Assembly: GCA_036387335.1 (NCBI GenBank)
Contig: DASVTZ010000177.1
Location: 2,413-66,412, forward strand
Direction: 5' to 3'
Source of the DNA: Longimicrobium sp.
GTDB taxonomy: Bacteria; Gemmatimonadota; Gemmatimonadetes; Longimicrobiales; Longimicrobiaceae
DNA length: 64,000 nucleotides
Shown here: positions 45,593-55,952 of the stretch, piece after piece
Layout: each line of letters opens with the position of its first letter
How positions within the stretch are numbered: position 1 is the first letter of the stretch
Program-made: the position numbers and the translations under genes
Notes under the pieces: model-generated
The model's input: the letters and a program-made list of their open reading frames with translations, nothing else
The model's database searches: none
Told to the model about the DNA's origin: nothing

Positions 45593-48500
45593 CTACGCGA
45601 GAGGGAGCGTCAGGGTAAAGGTGCTGCCGGCACCCACCTCGCTTTCCGCCGCGAGCGTGCCGCCCATACCCAGGGCAAGGTCGCGGCTGATGGCGAGGCC
45701 GAGCCCCACCCCCTGCTGGCTCTCGTGCGTCCGGTGCCGCTCCACCTGCACGAACGGCTCGAAGATGCGCTCGAGCTGCTCCGCGGGAATCCCCCGGCCG
45801 GTATCGGTCACCTGGATGCGCATTACGCCCGCCGAGGCGTCGGGGACGCAGCGCACGGCGACGCGGCCCCCCTCGCCCGTGAACTTGACGGCGTTGGTGA
45901 GAAGGTTGAGCAGCACCTGGCGCAGCTTCTCCGGGTCGGCGCGGACGAGGTGCGGCGGGCCGCACGCGTCGTGGTCGAAGGCGAGCCCCTTGGCGGCGAT
46001 CTGCGGAGACATCAGGGGCTCGATGTCCGCCAGGAGCGCCGCGAGGTCGACTTCGGCGATGTTGTACTCCACCTGGCCTGCATCCAGCCGCGCGAAGTTG
46101 AGGATGTCGTTGACCAGCGACAGGAGGTACTGGTTGGCGCGCCGGATCCGCTCCAGGTCGTGCTCCTGCGCCTCGGTGACCGGGCCCCGCAGCCCCATGG
46201 TGAGGAGCTCCGCGTACCCCGCGATGGCGTTCAGCGGCGTCCTTAGCTCGTGGCTCATCGTGGAGAGGAACTGGCTCTTGGCCTGGTTCGCGGCCTCCGC
46301 GTGCGCCCGCTGGCGCTCGGCGTCGGCGCGCGCGGCTTCCACCTCCTGCCGCGCCCGCACCTGCTCCGTCACGTCGTAGGCGGCGCTGGCGATGGCGTAC
46401 ACCTCGCCGGCCGCGTCGCGCAGCGGCTGGTAGCCGATGTTGAAGAAGCGTTCCTCCAGCGCGCCGTCCGCCTGGTTCGCGATCAGCACGCCCCGCTCCG
46501 TGGCGGAATAGGGCTCGCCCGTCTCGTACACGCGGTCCATCGTCTCCCAGTAGCCCGTGCCCGCGAGCTCGGGGAAGGCCTCGCGCACCGTGCGGCCCAG
46601 CAGCGGCCGGCCCTGCCCCGGCGAGCGGGCGTAGACGGGGCTCACGATGGAGTAGACGTGCTCCGGGCCGGTGAGCACCGCCACGGCGATGGGCGCCTGT
46701 TCGAAGACCTCGCGCAGCCGCTCCTCGGCGGCTTCGGCGGCGTCGCGGGCGGCGCGCTCGACCTCCACGTCCGTGTTGGTGCCGAACCAGCGCAGCACGC
46801 GCCCCGCCGCGTCGCGCACCGGCATCGCGCGGGTCAGGAAGCGGCGGAACGCGCCGTCCGCGCCACGCAGCGGGATGATCATCTCGAACGGGGCCCCGGT
46901 GGCGAGCGAGGCCTGCCACCGCTCCACGACTCCGGCCAGCTGGGCGGGGTCGTGCACGGACTGCCACCCCCACCCCTCCATCTGCTCGGGCGTGGCGCCG
47001 GTGTACTCGTACCAGCGCGCGTTGTACCAGTCGATGTAGCCGTCCGCGCGCGCCGTCCACGCCAGCGTGGGGATGGCGTCCGCGAGCGTACGGAACTGGC
47101 GCTCGCTTTCGGCCAGCGCGGCCTCGATGCGGCGGCGCGGGGCGATGTCGCGCCAGAACACCGCCACGCCCCCGGCGGCGGTCGGGTAGGCGTCCACCTC
47201 CGCCACCAGCTCCAGGCCCTGGCCGGCGTACTCAGCAGTGAAGTGGACCTCCACCCCCTCACGCGCCACCTGCCGGTACGAGCTCTCGAAGATGGTGCCC
47301 ACCGTGTCCGGAAAGGCCTCCCATATGCTTCGCCCCAGCAGTGACTCGCGCGCTACCCCCACGCTCCGCTCCATCGCGGCGTTGGCGCTGGTGAAGCGGA
47401 ATTCGGCGTCGAGCACGAAGTGCGCGTCGGCCATCGCCTCCAGGATCTCCTGTGCGTTGCGCCGCTCGTGCTCGGCCTCCTGCCGCGCTGCCTCCGCCTC
47501 CCGGTACAGCCGCGCGTTGTCGACCGCCGCCGCCGCACGCCGCGCCAGCTCCTCCGCGAACGCCACGTCGTCCGGCCCGAAGCGCCGCCCGGACTCGCCG
47601 ATGCCGAAGCCGAGCGCGCCGAGCACCTCGCCGTGCGCGACCACGGGCACGGTCATCAGCGAGCGGAAGCCGATGGAGCGGAGCAGCTCCAGGTGCTCGC
47701 TGTCGCGCGCTACCTGCTCCAGCACTGCGTCCGGGATCTCCTCGATCAGCTCGGGCTCTCCCGTGCGGAGCACCAGGGCGGCTCCGGCGGGCTCGTCCGC
47801 GCGGATGGGGTAGCGCCGGGCGAGCTCGCGCACGAACGCCGTCCTCTCCGGGTCCGTGTGGTGGATCGCCACCATGCGCACGGTGCCGTCGCCGGCGTCC
47901 ACCGTGTACGCGCACCAGTCGGCGATGTCCGGCACGGCCAGGGCGACGACCTGCCGCAGGGTCGCCTCGTAGTCCAGCGACGATGCCAACCGCGTGCTCG
48001 CCTCGGCCAGGAAGGCAAGGCGTCGCGCGGCCTCGTCCGCCGCGGCGCGGGCCCGTTCCGCCTCGCCGGTGCGCGCCTCGAACTCCGCCGCTCCCTCCTG
48101 GAGCTGCTGGTTGGCCATCTCCAGCTCCAGCGCCTGCTCGGCGAGCTCGTCGTTCCGGGCGCGCAGCTCCGCCTCGGCGTGCAGGCGCGCTGAGACCTCC
48201 CGCCAGAACACCGCAATGCCGCCGTCCTCCGTCGGGTAGGCGTCGATCTCGATGTGGCGGTCGTATCCCTCGCCCACGTAGTGATGGGCGAAATGCACCT
48301 CTACCCGCTCCTCGACAACGCGCCGGTACTGCCGCTCCGCTTCCGTGCCCACGGAGGCGGGAAACACCTCCCAGTGCGTGCGTCCCAGCAGCGCCTCCGC
48401 CGGCATGCCCAGCGCCCGCAACGCGGCGCGGTTCACCGACAGGATGCGGAACTCCGCATCCATGGTGATGTGCTCGTCCGCCACCTGGTCGAGCACGCGC

Positions 48501-48960
48501 GCCGCACGGCGTTCCGCGCGCTCGGCCTCCACGCGATGGGTATCGTCGCGCAGGGTGAGCACCGCTCCTAGCCGCTCGCCCGCCGGCCCCACGATGGGGC
48601 GCGCCGTGCCCACGGCGAAGGTCTCGCCGCCGTCCGGCCGGCGGATGCGCCAGCGCTCGTCCACCACCGTCTCGCCGCGCAGGACCGCGCGGGAGAGCGG
48701 GAGCTCGGACGATGGATAGGGGCGGCCGTCCTCGGTGAGCAGGTTGTACGTCTTGGCGTAGCCTTCGGGGAGCACGTCCAGCCGGACGGTGCCGTGCATG
48801 CGCGCCGCCGCCTCGTTCACGAAGATGATGCGGCCTCCGCATCGGCCAGGATCACCCCCTCCGCGAGCTGCGCAAGCGCGGCCGCGACCAGTGAGGTCGG
48901 GCCGGTCTGCGAGTCTTCGTGTGGGACGGTGGGCGCGTGGCCCCGGGAGTCGGGCGGCAT
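45593..48960 (-). pseudogene. Multi-PAS/GAF sensor histidine kinase with a 1-nt frameshift near 48835 (real or sequencing error)
   Basis: N-terminus MPPDS..LAEGVILADA continues in another frame as GRIIFVNEAAARMHG; H-box SHELRTPLN, N-box NLLTNAVKF, G-boxes. Confidence 0.8.
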
Positions 48961-49176
48961 CCGGGTGCGGATGGGGGATGGAACGAACGCGGCGGGCGGC
49001 TCCGCCTCGCCAATCACAATCGGGCAAGGCAAGATACCGGCCCGTGTTCGTCGCACGATAGCCGATTCCGGGACGGTATGTAAGCGGGATGAAGTCAGCG
49101 CTTCTGCCGCGGTGCACCCTTGCCGAAGGGCGGATCGGGTGGCGGGAGCTTCAAGAGACGTACGCGAGCGGATGCT

Positions 49177-49353
49177 TTACGAGCCTACGAGGTCCTCTAC
49201 TTCGCTCAGGTCGAACTCGTCGCCCACGTTCCCCTCGGCCATCTGCCGCATCGCCTCGTCCACGTGGGCGAGGGTGCGCTCCGAGATCGTCTCGGGAGCG
49301 CACTGCTCCAGCATGCTGCGTCCGTCATCGTGCTCGCCGTTCACATTCGCCAT
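49177..49353 (-). CDS. Small acidic protein (58 aa), below the ORF-track cutoff
   Basis: MANVNGEHDDGRSMLEQCAPETISERTLAHVDEAMRQMAEGNVGDEFDLSEVEDLVGS; RBS GGGAGGGAG 5 nt upstream. Confidence 0.6.
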   Translation of the reverse strand: MANVNGEHDDGRSMLEQCAPETISERTLAHVDEAMRQMAEGNVGDEFDLSEVEDLVGS

Positions 49354-49387
49354 CGGTCTCCCTCCCGGTCGACGGTGGATTACCCCC

Positions 49388-50689
49388 TCACATCCAGGGC
49401 ATCGGCGGGACGACGGCGGGTTCGCGGAAGGGGCCGTCGCCGAGGAAGGGGACCGCGCCGTGGCCGTTGAGGTTGTCGAAGGAGTAGAAGGAAAAGCCCT
49501 GTACTCCCTGCTCGCGTCCGATGCGGATCTGGCGCGCGATCTCGTCGTGCGGCATGCCGGAGGCGATGCCGATGTACACGTGCCGGCCCGTGGGACGCAT
49601 CCCGGCGAGATGGTCTTCGAGCATGCAGCGCCAGTCCGGGTTCGGCTCGCGACCGGGGCGGCGCAGGTAAGTGCAGCGCTCCTCGTTGACGCGGAAGTAG
49701 GCCATCGGCACGGCCACGTCCAGCGACCCCTCGCGCGCCCATCCCCAGGTGTCCTGGTAGAACTGCCCGACCCCGCTGGACGACGGCCATCCGAAGCGGT
49801 CGCGGTCGTAGATGGGCCACACCGCCGCGGAGAGCGGCACCCTGCGGACGGCGCGGATGCTGTCGGCGGTCTCGCGCACCGTGCGGCTCACCATCTCGCG
49901 GCGGAAGCGGGCCCAGCCGGTGGGATCGGCCGCGGGGTCGCGCCCAAAGGCAGCGAGGCTGGCGCGGTCCCATCCGTAGTCGGAGCCGGGATAGCGGATG
50001 CGATCCAGGTGCACACCGTCGACCCGGTAGCGCCGCACCACGTCCGCGGCGACGCGGGCCAGGTGGGTGCGCACGCCCGGGTTGCCGGGGGAGAGATAGA
50101 CGTACTCCTCGCCGTTCGGGCACGCCATCGGACGGCCGGCGCGGGTGTGCATCGCCCACTCCGGATGCCGCACCAGGATGTGGTCGGGGCGACCGGGCGC
50201 GCTCGGGTGCAGGCGGCGGCAGAAGTCAGCCTCCTGCGAGTCCCAGCCGGAGAGCGCGTTGATCCAGGCGTGAAGCTGCAGCCCGCGCGCATGTGCCTCA
50301 CGCACGGCCACCTCGAGCGGGTCCCACGACGGGGTGCCGCCGAGCCGGCCGCAGAGCCGCACGGAGCAGGGGTCCAGCTCAGAGCGGTAGTAGGCGTCCG
50401 AGGGACCGCGCACCTGGAAGTACACCATGTTCAGGTGCGCGCGGACGGCGCGCACCATGATGTTGCGCACGTCGGCCTCCGTGCGGTACTCCCAGCGGTT
50501 GACCCACACCGCGCGGGCTTCGGCGCGGGGCTGCGGGGTCGTGGGCGCGGGTGACGGCGCGGGCTGCGCTTTCTCGACGTGCGTCGGGGCGGCCTCGGAT
50601 GCACGAGGGGCGGTTCCGATTCCGATTGCCGCGCCTGCGATCAGGGCCAGCGGCGCGACGGCGAGCACCGCGCGGCGGGTTTGGATCAT
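49388..50689 (-). CDS. GHL10 (family 10 glycosylhydrolase-like, YddW/DUF187) exported protein
   Basis: EARAVWV, VYFQVRG, AHARGLQLHAWIN, DGVHLDRIRYP; signal peptide. Confidence 0.88.
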   Translation of the reverse strand: MIQTRRAVLAVAPLALIAGAAIGIGTAPRASEAAPTHVEKAQPAPSPAPTTPQPRAEARAVWVNRWEYRTEADVRNIMVRAVRAHLNMVYFQVRGPSDAYYRSELDPCSVRLCGRLGGTPSWDPLEVAVREAHARGLQLHAWINALSGWDSQEADFCRRLHPSAPGRPDHILVRHPEWAMHTRAGRPMACPNGEEYVYLSPGNPGVRTHLARVAADVVRRYRVDGVHLDRIRYPGSDYGWDRASLAAFGRDPAADPTGWARFRREMVSRTVRETADSIRAVRRVPLSAAVWPIYDRDRFGWPSSSGVGQFYQDTWGWAREGSLDVAVPMAYFRVNEERCTYLRRPGREPNPDWRCMLEDHLAGMRPTGRHVYIGIASGMPHDEIARQIRIGREQGVQGFSFYSFDNLNGHGAVPFLGDGPFREPAVVPPMPWM

Positions 50690-50827
50690 CGGGTCTTTCC
50701 TCTGGTGTGGCTTGCTGGTCTGTGTCGGCGAAAGGTACCCTGAGGCCGCTACAAGGTGCTAGGGCTACTCCGCGCGGTCGCCCCATGTTCCCGGCGCAGG
50801 GCTGATTCCGAGCGGGAAACAGCAGGG

Positions 50828-50854
50828 CTCACGCGGAGACGCGGAGACGCAGAG
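50828..50854 (+). repeat. CTCACGCGGAG-family repeat (half copy)
   Basis: ctcacgcggagacgcggagacgcagag. Confidence 0.75.
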
Positions 50855-50875
50855 CAAGGGCGCAGAGCGCCGCCC

Positions 50876-51078
50876 TTTGTCATCCTGAGCGACGCGCCGC
50901 TCCGCCCTTGCCCGTGCTCAGGTCTTTGGCGCGGAGCGAAGGATCTACTGCGCGTGACGAGGGGTTCGCTCATTACCGCGGTCCTCGTGCCTCGCCGGAC
51001 AGCTAGATCCTTCGGTTGCCGCAAAAGCAGGGCGGGGCACGGCGGACATCTGGGGGGCGGCTCCCTCAGGATGACAAA
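50876..51078. repeat. MITE-like element with nested inverted repeats
   Basis: Outer perfect 14 bp IR TTTGTCATCCTGAG/CTCAGGATGACAAA; inner 11 bp IR CGAAGGATCTA/TAGATCCTTCG. Confidence 0.78.
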
Positions 51079-51226
51079 TGCATTCCGCGCCCCGCGTGTG
51101 CCCGGCGGCGCTACGGGGCTGGTTCGGCGCTCAGCGGTAGGCAACGCATGGCCCGGCTCGGTTCGTGCGGCCCGGGGTGGCCACGACGCGCTTCCGGCGA
51201 TCGTCATCACCCGTCCAGAGTCCGCA

Positions 51227-52717
51227 ATGACCACGACCAGCCCGGACGCCGAGACGAGCGCCGACCCGCGCACGCGCCTGGGCTTCCTGGCGGAGACAAG
51301 CCGCTGCCTGGCGGGTTCGCTCGACTACGAGACGACGCTGGCGACGGGGGCGGGGCTAGCGCTGCCGCACTTCGGCACCTGGTGCATGGTGGACGTGGTG
51401 GAGCCGGACGACACCATCCGCCGCGTGGCCGTGATCCACCCCGACGCGGAGAAGCAGCGCACCGCCCGCGAGTTCTACGCGACCCATCCGCCGGACCGCG
51501 ACGATCCGCTCGGCGCGCCGCGGGTGATCCGCACCCGCGAGTCGGAGTTCGTGCTCGCCTACGAGGACGTGCTGGAGAGCATCGCGCAGGAGGAGCACCG
51601 GGCGCTGCTGCAGGGGCTGGGCGCGCAGTCGTTCCTCATGGTGCCCATGTGCGCGCGCGGGCGGACGATGGGGGCCATCACCTTCGTCTCGGACGACCGG
51701 CGGCGGTACGACCCCGCGGACCTGCTGCTGGCCGAGGACCTGGGACGGCGCTGCGCGATGGCCGTGGACAACGCGCGGCTGTACGCGGCGTCGCGGGAGG
51801 CGCACCGCGTGGCGGAGGCGGCGCGCATGGCCGCCACCCTCACCGCCCGCCGGGCGGAGGAGCTTCTGGGCGAGGCCAACCTCGCGCGCTACGAGGCTGC
51901 CGCGGCGAACCACGCCAAGACAACCTTTCTCGGCACGATCTCGCACGAGTTCCGCACGCCACTCACGGCGGTGCAGGGGTACGCGGACCTGCTGACGGAC
52001 GAGGGTTCCGCCCCGCTTACCGACGGCCAGCGGCGCCAGGTGGGACGCATCCGCGCGGCGAGCGACCACCTGCTGGGGCTGATCGAGGAGATCCTCACCT
52101 TCGCCCGGCAGCAGGCGGGGCGCTCCGAGCTGCGCATCCACGAGGTGGACCTCGCCGCGCTGGTGCGCGACGCTTCGGCGGTGGTGGAGCCGCTCGCGGC
52201 GGCCAAGGGGCTGAGCTTCGTGCTGGCGGTGCCCGAAGGGCCGATCCCCTTTCGCACCGACGTGGGGAAGCTGCGCCAGATCATCCTGAACATCGCCGCG
52301 AACGCCGTGAAGTTCACCGAGGCGGGCGAGGTGCGGATGGAGCTGGAGGCCACGGACCGCGCGGTGCTGCTGCGCGTGGCGGACACGGGGATCGGCATCG
52401 CCGCCGAGCACGCGGAGCACGTGTTCGAGGCGTTCTGGCAGGTGGACCAGACGGATGGCCGCGTCGGCGGAACGGGGCTGGGGCTGGCGGTCACGCAGCA
52501 GCTCGCCCACTTGCTGGAGGGCGAGGTGACGCTGGAGCCCGGCACCAAGGGCGGGAGCGTGTTCACCATCCGCCTGCCGCGCTACGCCCCCGAGCTGGGC
52601 GAGGCGGCCCAGGAAGCGCCGCCGGAGCCCGGCGCCGCGGAGAAGCGGTTGCGCGGGCGCCGCTACGAGACTCGGCGCGGCTCCAAGGGCCCGCCGGCGG
52701 GTCCGGCTAAAGGCTAG
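51227..52717 (+). CDS. GAF sensor histidine kinase
   Basis: FLAETS..SLDYETTL GAF; SHEFRTPL H-box; NIAANAVKF; DTGIGI; GTGLGL; start at MTTTSP. Confidence 0.9.
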   Translation: MTTTSPDAETSADPRTRLGFLAETSRCLAGSLDYETTLATGAGLALPHFGTWCMVDVVEPDDTIRRVAVIHPDAEKQRTAREFYATHPPDRDDPLGAPRVIRTRESEFVLAYEDVLESIAQEEHRALLQGLGAQSFLMVPMCARGRTMGAITFVSDDRRRYDPADLLLAEDLGRRCAMAVDNARLYAASREAHRVAEAARMAATLTARRAEELLGEANLARYEAAAANHAKTTFLGTISHEFRTPLTAVQGYADLLTDEGSAPLTDGQRRQVGRIRAASDHLLGLIEEILTFARQQAGRSELRIHEVDLAALVRDASAVVEPLAAAKGLSFVLAVPEGPIPFRTDVGKLRQIILNIAANAVKFTEAGEVRMELEATDRAVLLRVADTGIGIAAEHAEHVFEAFWQVDQTDGRVGGTGLGLAVTQQLAHLLEGEVTLEPGTKGGSVFTIRLPRYAPELGEAAQEAPPEPGAAEKRLRGRRYETRRGSKGPPAGPAKG

Positions 52718-52729
52718 GAACAGCAGGGT

Positions 52730-52790
52730 CTCACGCGGAGACGCGGAGACGCAGAGAGAGAACTCCGCCTGCGCCGCGGCTCCGCGTGAG
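52730..52790. repeat. CTCACGCGGAG-family inverted-repeat element
   Basis: ctcacgcggagacgcggagacgcagag..gcggctccgcgtgag. Confidence 0.78.
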
Positions 52791-52872
52791 ATTGCGGTTC
52801 GAGCGTTGGCAGAGCAACTTTGCGGAACGACGGGCATTCACACGGGGCGCGTTGCTCCCACCACCAGGCATC

Positions 52873-54039
52873 ATGGCCGCCAAGAACAACCGCAACCATT
52901 CCGCGCCCGGCGACGGATCGGAGACGCTCCTGGCGCCTTCGGAGCCGATGCAGGACGAGCCGGCGCGCCGCGCCGAGAGCACGCCTCCGTCGCGGATTCG
53001 CGAGACGCGGCCCGCTCCCCGCGGCTTCCTCGAGCGCATGGCCGAGTCGCGGAGGGCGCCGTTTCTGCGGCTGATCGCGTACTACGTGCTGCTCATCGGC
53101 ATCATGGGCGCGCTGGTGTACTGGGTGCCGATGGTGCGCGACGCCTTCATCTCCCCCGTCGTCCTTCCCGATCTGGGCAGAGGCGGGAGCGGATCGGAGC
53201 TGCTCACTCGCGCGCCCACGCTGGGCGACTACGGCGCACGGCTGTCGCTGGGCGAGGCGCTTCACCGCGCGCTCACTACGCTGCTGGTGATCGCCGGCGC
53301 GCTGTCGCTCGTGATTCCGGTGGCGTGGGTGTACATGTTCACCAAGCGCTTCCGCTACGATCCGGCGCTCGTTTCCTCGGTCATCATCCTGCCGATCGTG
53401 GTGGCGGGGATCGCGCTGGTGGTCAAGAACTCGCTGGCGCTGGCCTTTTCGCTGGCCGGGATCGTGGCGGCGGTCCGGTTCCGCAACACGCTCAAGGACC
53501 CGCGCGACGCCGTCTACATATTCCTGGTGATCGGGATCGGGCTGTCGGCGGGGGTGCAGGCGCTGGACGTTGCGCTGGCGATGTCGCTGGCCTTCAACTT
53601 CGTCGTGCTGTTGGTGTGGAAGCACAACGTGGGGTCGATCTACAGCGGCAGCTACGGGCGCACGGGCATCCTGTCGGTGGGCGATCCGGAGCTGATGGTG
53701 GCGGACGACCCCGCGGCGCAGCGCGACATTCGCCGGCGGATGCTGGAGCACGACGGCGACATGCGCACGGACGGCATCCTGCTGGTGCACTCAGGCGCAC
53801 CGGACCTTGCGCGCCTCACGGTGCAGGAAGCGCTCGGCGACACCGCGAGTGACTGGCGGCTGGTGAACGTGCGGCGCGAGCCCGAGCGCCCCGCCGTGCT
53901 GGAGTACCTGGTGCGCCTCAAGACGGAGATCACCCCGGCCGAGCTCGTCGGCGCGCTGGACGAGCGCTGGTCCGCACAGGTCTCGGCCGCCGAGTACGTC
54001 CCCTTCCGCACGCGGAAGAAGAAGCGCAAGAAGGGTTAG
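52873..54039 (+). CDS. DUF4956 domain membrane protein
   Basis: VKNSLALAFSLAGIVAAVRFRNTLKDPRDAVYIF..GLSAG. Confidence 0.85.
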   Translation: MAAKNNRNHSAPGDGSETLLAPSEPMQDEPARRAESTPPSRIRETRPAPRGFLERMAESRRAPFLRLIAYYVLLIGIMGALVYWVPMVRDAFISPVVLPDLGRGGSGSELLTRAPTLGDYGARLSLGEALHRALTTLLVIAGALSLVIPVAWVYMFTKRFRYDPALVSSVIILPIVVAGIALVVKNSLALAFSLAGIVAAVRFRNTLKDPRDAVYIFLVIGIGLSAGVQALDVALAMSLAFNFVVLLVWKHNVGSIYSGSYGRTGILSVGDPELMVADDPAAQRDIRRRMLEHDGDMRTDGILLVHSGAPDLARLTVQEALGDTASDWRLVNVRREPERPAVLEYLVRLKTEITPAELVGALDERWSAQVSAAEYVPFRTRKKKRKKG

Positions 54040-54042
54040 CGG

Positions 54043-55164
54043 GTGCGCGTGTGGCGTCGTGCGCTCCTGCTGGCCGCGCTCCTCTCCGCGTGCGCCTCGC
54101 CCGAGCGCTACTTTCCCGCCGAGCGGGAGCTGACGGCTCTTCTCGAGACGCGTGTGCGGGAGCGGCGCGCGGTCGGGATCGCGGTCGGCGTGCTGGAGGC
54201 GGATGGCTCCGCCACGATGGCGTTCGCGGGGAGCGCGGGTGAGGGCGCGCGGCCGCTCGACGGCCGTACGCGGTTCGAGATCGGCTCCATCACCAAGACG
54301 TTCACGGGCGTCCTGCTGGCGGAGATGGTGCGGACCGGCGAGGTGCGCTACGACGATCCCGTCTCCCGCTACCTCCCCGAAGGCGTGCGCGTCCCTGCCC
54401 TCAACGGCCGCGAGATCACCCTCCTCGACCTGGCCACGCACCACTCCGGCCTCCCCGCCGTGCCGGACAACATGGACCCGGCGGACCCTCGCAATCCGTA
54501 CGCGGACTACTCGGCTGCGCAGATGTACGCGTTCCTCTCCGGCTTCACGCCGGAGCGCGAGGCGGGCGCGGCCTATCAGTACTCCAACATCGGCTTCGGG
54601 CTGCTGGGCCACGCCCTGGGCCGGGCGGCGGGTTCCGGGTACGACGAGCTCGTCCGCGAGCGCATCCTGCGGCCGCTGCGGATGGATGGGACCGCGATCG
54701 ATCTGCGGGGCGAGCTCATGGCGAAGGGGCACAACAGGCAGGGCGAGATCGTGCCCTACTGGGACCTGCCGACGCTGGCGGGCGCGGGCGCCTACCGCTC
54801 GAACCTGGACGACCTGATGCGCTTCCTCGCCGCAAACCTGCGGCCGCCGCAGACGGAGCTGGAGCGCTCGATCCACGCGACGCAAAGGATGCAGCGCACG
54901 GTCACCGACACGGTCGCAAACCGCATCGGCACCGACGCGATGGGCGTCGGCTGGCAGATCCGTACGCGAGGCGGCTCCAGCATCGTCTGGAAGGACGGCG
55001 GCACGGCGGGGTTCCAGACGTTCATCGGGTTCGATCCTGAGCGGCGGATCGGCGTGGTGGTGCTCTCGAACACCGCCATCGAGGTGGACGACATCGGATT
55101 CCACCTCCTCGACCCGGCGTCGCCGTTGGGAGCGCCGCCCCCGATGCCCCCTAGCGGTTCTTGA
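54043..55164 (+). CDS. Serine hydrolase, beta-lactamase class C-like family (lipoprotein)
   Basis: Lipobox LSAC; FEIGSITK (SxxK), YSN, KDGGTAGF. Confidence 0.88.
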   Translation: MRVWRRALLLAALLSACASPERYFPAERELTALLETRVRERRAVGIAVGVLEADGSATMAFAGSAGEGARPLDGRTRFEIGSITKTFTGVLLAEMVRTGEVRYDDPVSRYLPEGVRVPALNGREITLLDLATHHSGLPAVPDNMDPADPRNPYADYSAAQMYAFLSGFTPEREAGAAYQYSNIGFGLLGHALGRAAGSGYDELVRERILRPLRMDGTAIDLRGELMAKGHNRQGEIVPYWDLPTLAGAGAYRSNLDDLMRFLAANLRPPQTELERSIHATQRMQRTVTDTVANRIGTDAMGVGWQIRTRGGSSIVWKDGGTAGFQTFIGFDPERRIGVVVLSNTAIEVDDIGFHLLDPASPLGAPPPMPPSGS

Positions 55165-55777
55165 TGGCGACGCTCTCCAGCACGTCCGCCACCGTCTCGA
55201 TCCCGTCGATCGCCGCTTCCAGCTTGTCGTAGATCTCCTTCCACTTCAGCGTCTCGATGGGGTCGGGCTTGCCGGCGAACAGCCCGGTCATCACGCGCTC
55301 GTACACGGCATCGCCCTCCTCGCCGAGCGCCTGGATCTCGCGAAAGGGGTCGCGGTCGATGCCGGAGGTGCGCAGGTTGGCGACGGCCGTGGCCACCAGC
55401 ATGCTCCCCCTGAGCAGGACGCCCGCCAGTTCGCGCGCCCCCTCGTCCGCCCGCGAGATCTCGAACGCGGCCACGTACGACGCCGCATCCTCCACCTGGT
55501 CCACCACGTTGTCCAGCCCGCGCGCGATGGCGTACAGGTCCTCGCGGTCGAACGGCGCCACGAGCGAGCCGTCGAGCCGCGACGTGATCTCGCCGGTCAG
55601 CTCGTCGGCCTCGTGCTCCGCCGTGCGGATGCGCCGCTCCAGCCGGGCGGGCTCGCGGGGGTCCTGAAAGAGCCGGTTGAGCAGGTCCGCCGCCGTGGTC
55701 AGGTGCCCCGCCAGCGTCTCCAACTCGTCGAAATAGCTGTCGTCCTTGGGGAAAAGCCGGACCATGCCGTGCTCCAT
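55151..55777 (-). CDS. DUF47 / PhoU-like phosphate transport regulator
   Basis: EHEADE..PFDREDLY..LDNVVD, EEGDAVY, KWKEIYDKLE; start may be 55765. Confidence 0.88.
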   Translation of the reverse strand: MEHGMVRLFPKDDSYFDELETLAGHLTTAADLLNRLFQDPREPARLERRIRTAEHEADELTGEITSRLDGSLVAPFDREDLYAIARGLDNVVDQVEDAASYVAAFEISRADEGARELAGVLLRGSMLVATAVANLRTSGIDRDPFREIQALGEEGDAVYERVMTGLFAGKPDPIETLKWKEIYDKLEAAIDGIETVADVLESVAIKNR

Positions 55778-55952
55778 GTGCGGGTGGAAGATCCCCAGCG
55801 CGCGCGTCTCGCCGGATCAGTGCAAACGGCAATCCCGCAGGAAAAGGCAGCGCGGCCGAACAGCCTGTTGTCAGGGAGCCTGGGTCGCGGAAAGTATGGT
55901 TGTTGCAGCACCGCGATCGATCCCCAGACGACCCGCCCCATTGGAGCACGGA

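Noticed and set aside
38250-45600. Integrase-bounded island with an att duplication of the tRNA-Ser 3' end
   Set aside because: No integrase or transposase in the window, and I found no repeat of the tRNA 3' end downstream; only the TIR gene and spacer are AT-richer, while the vWA operon has host-like codons
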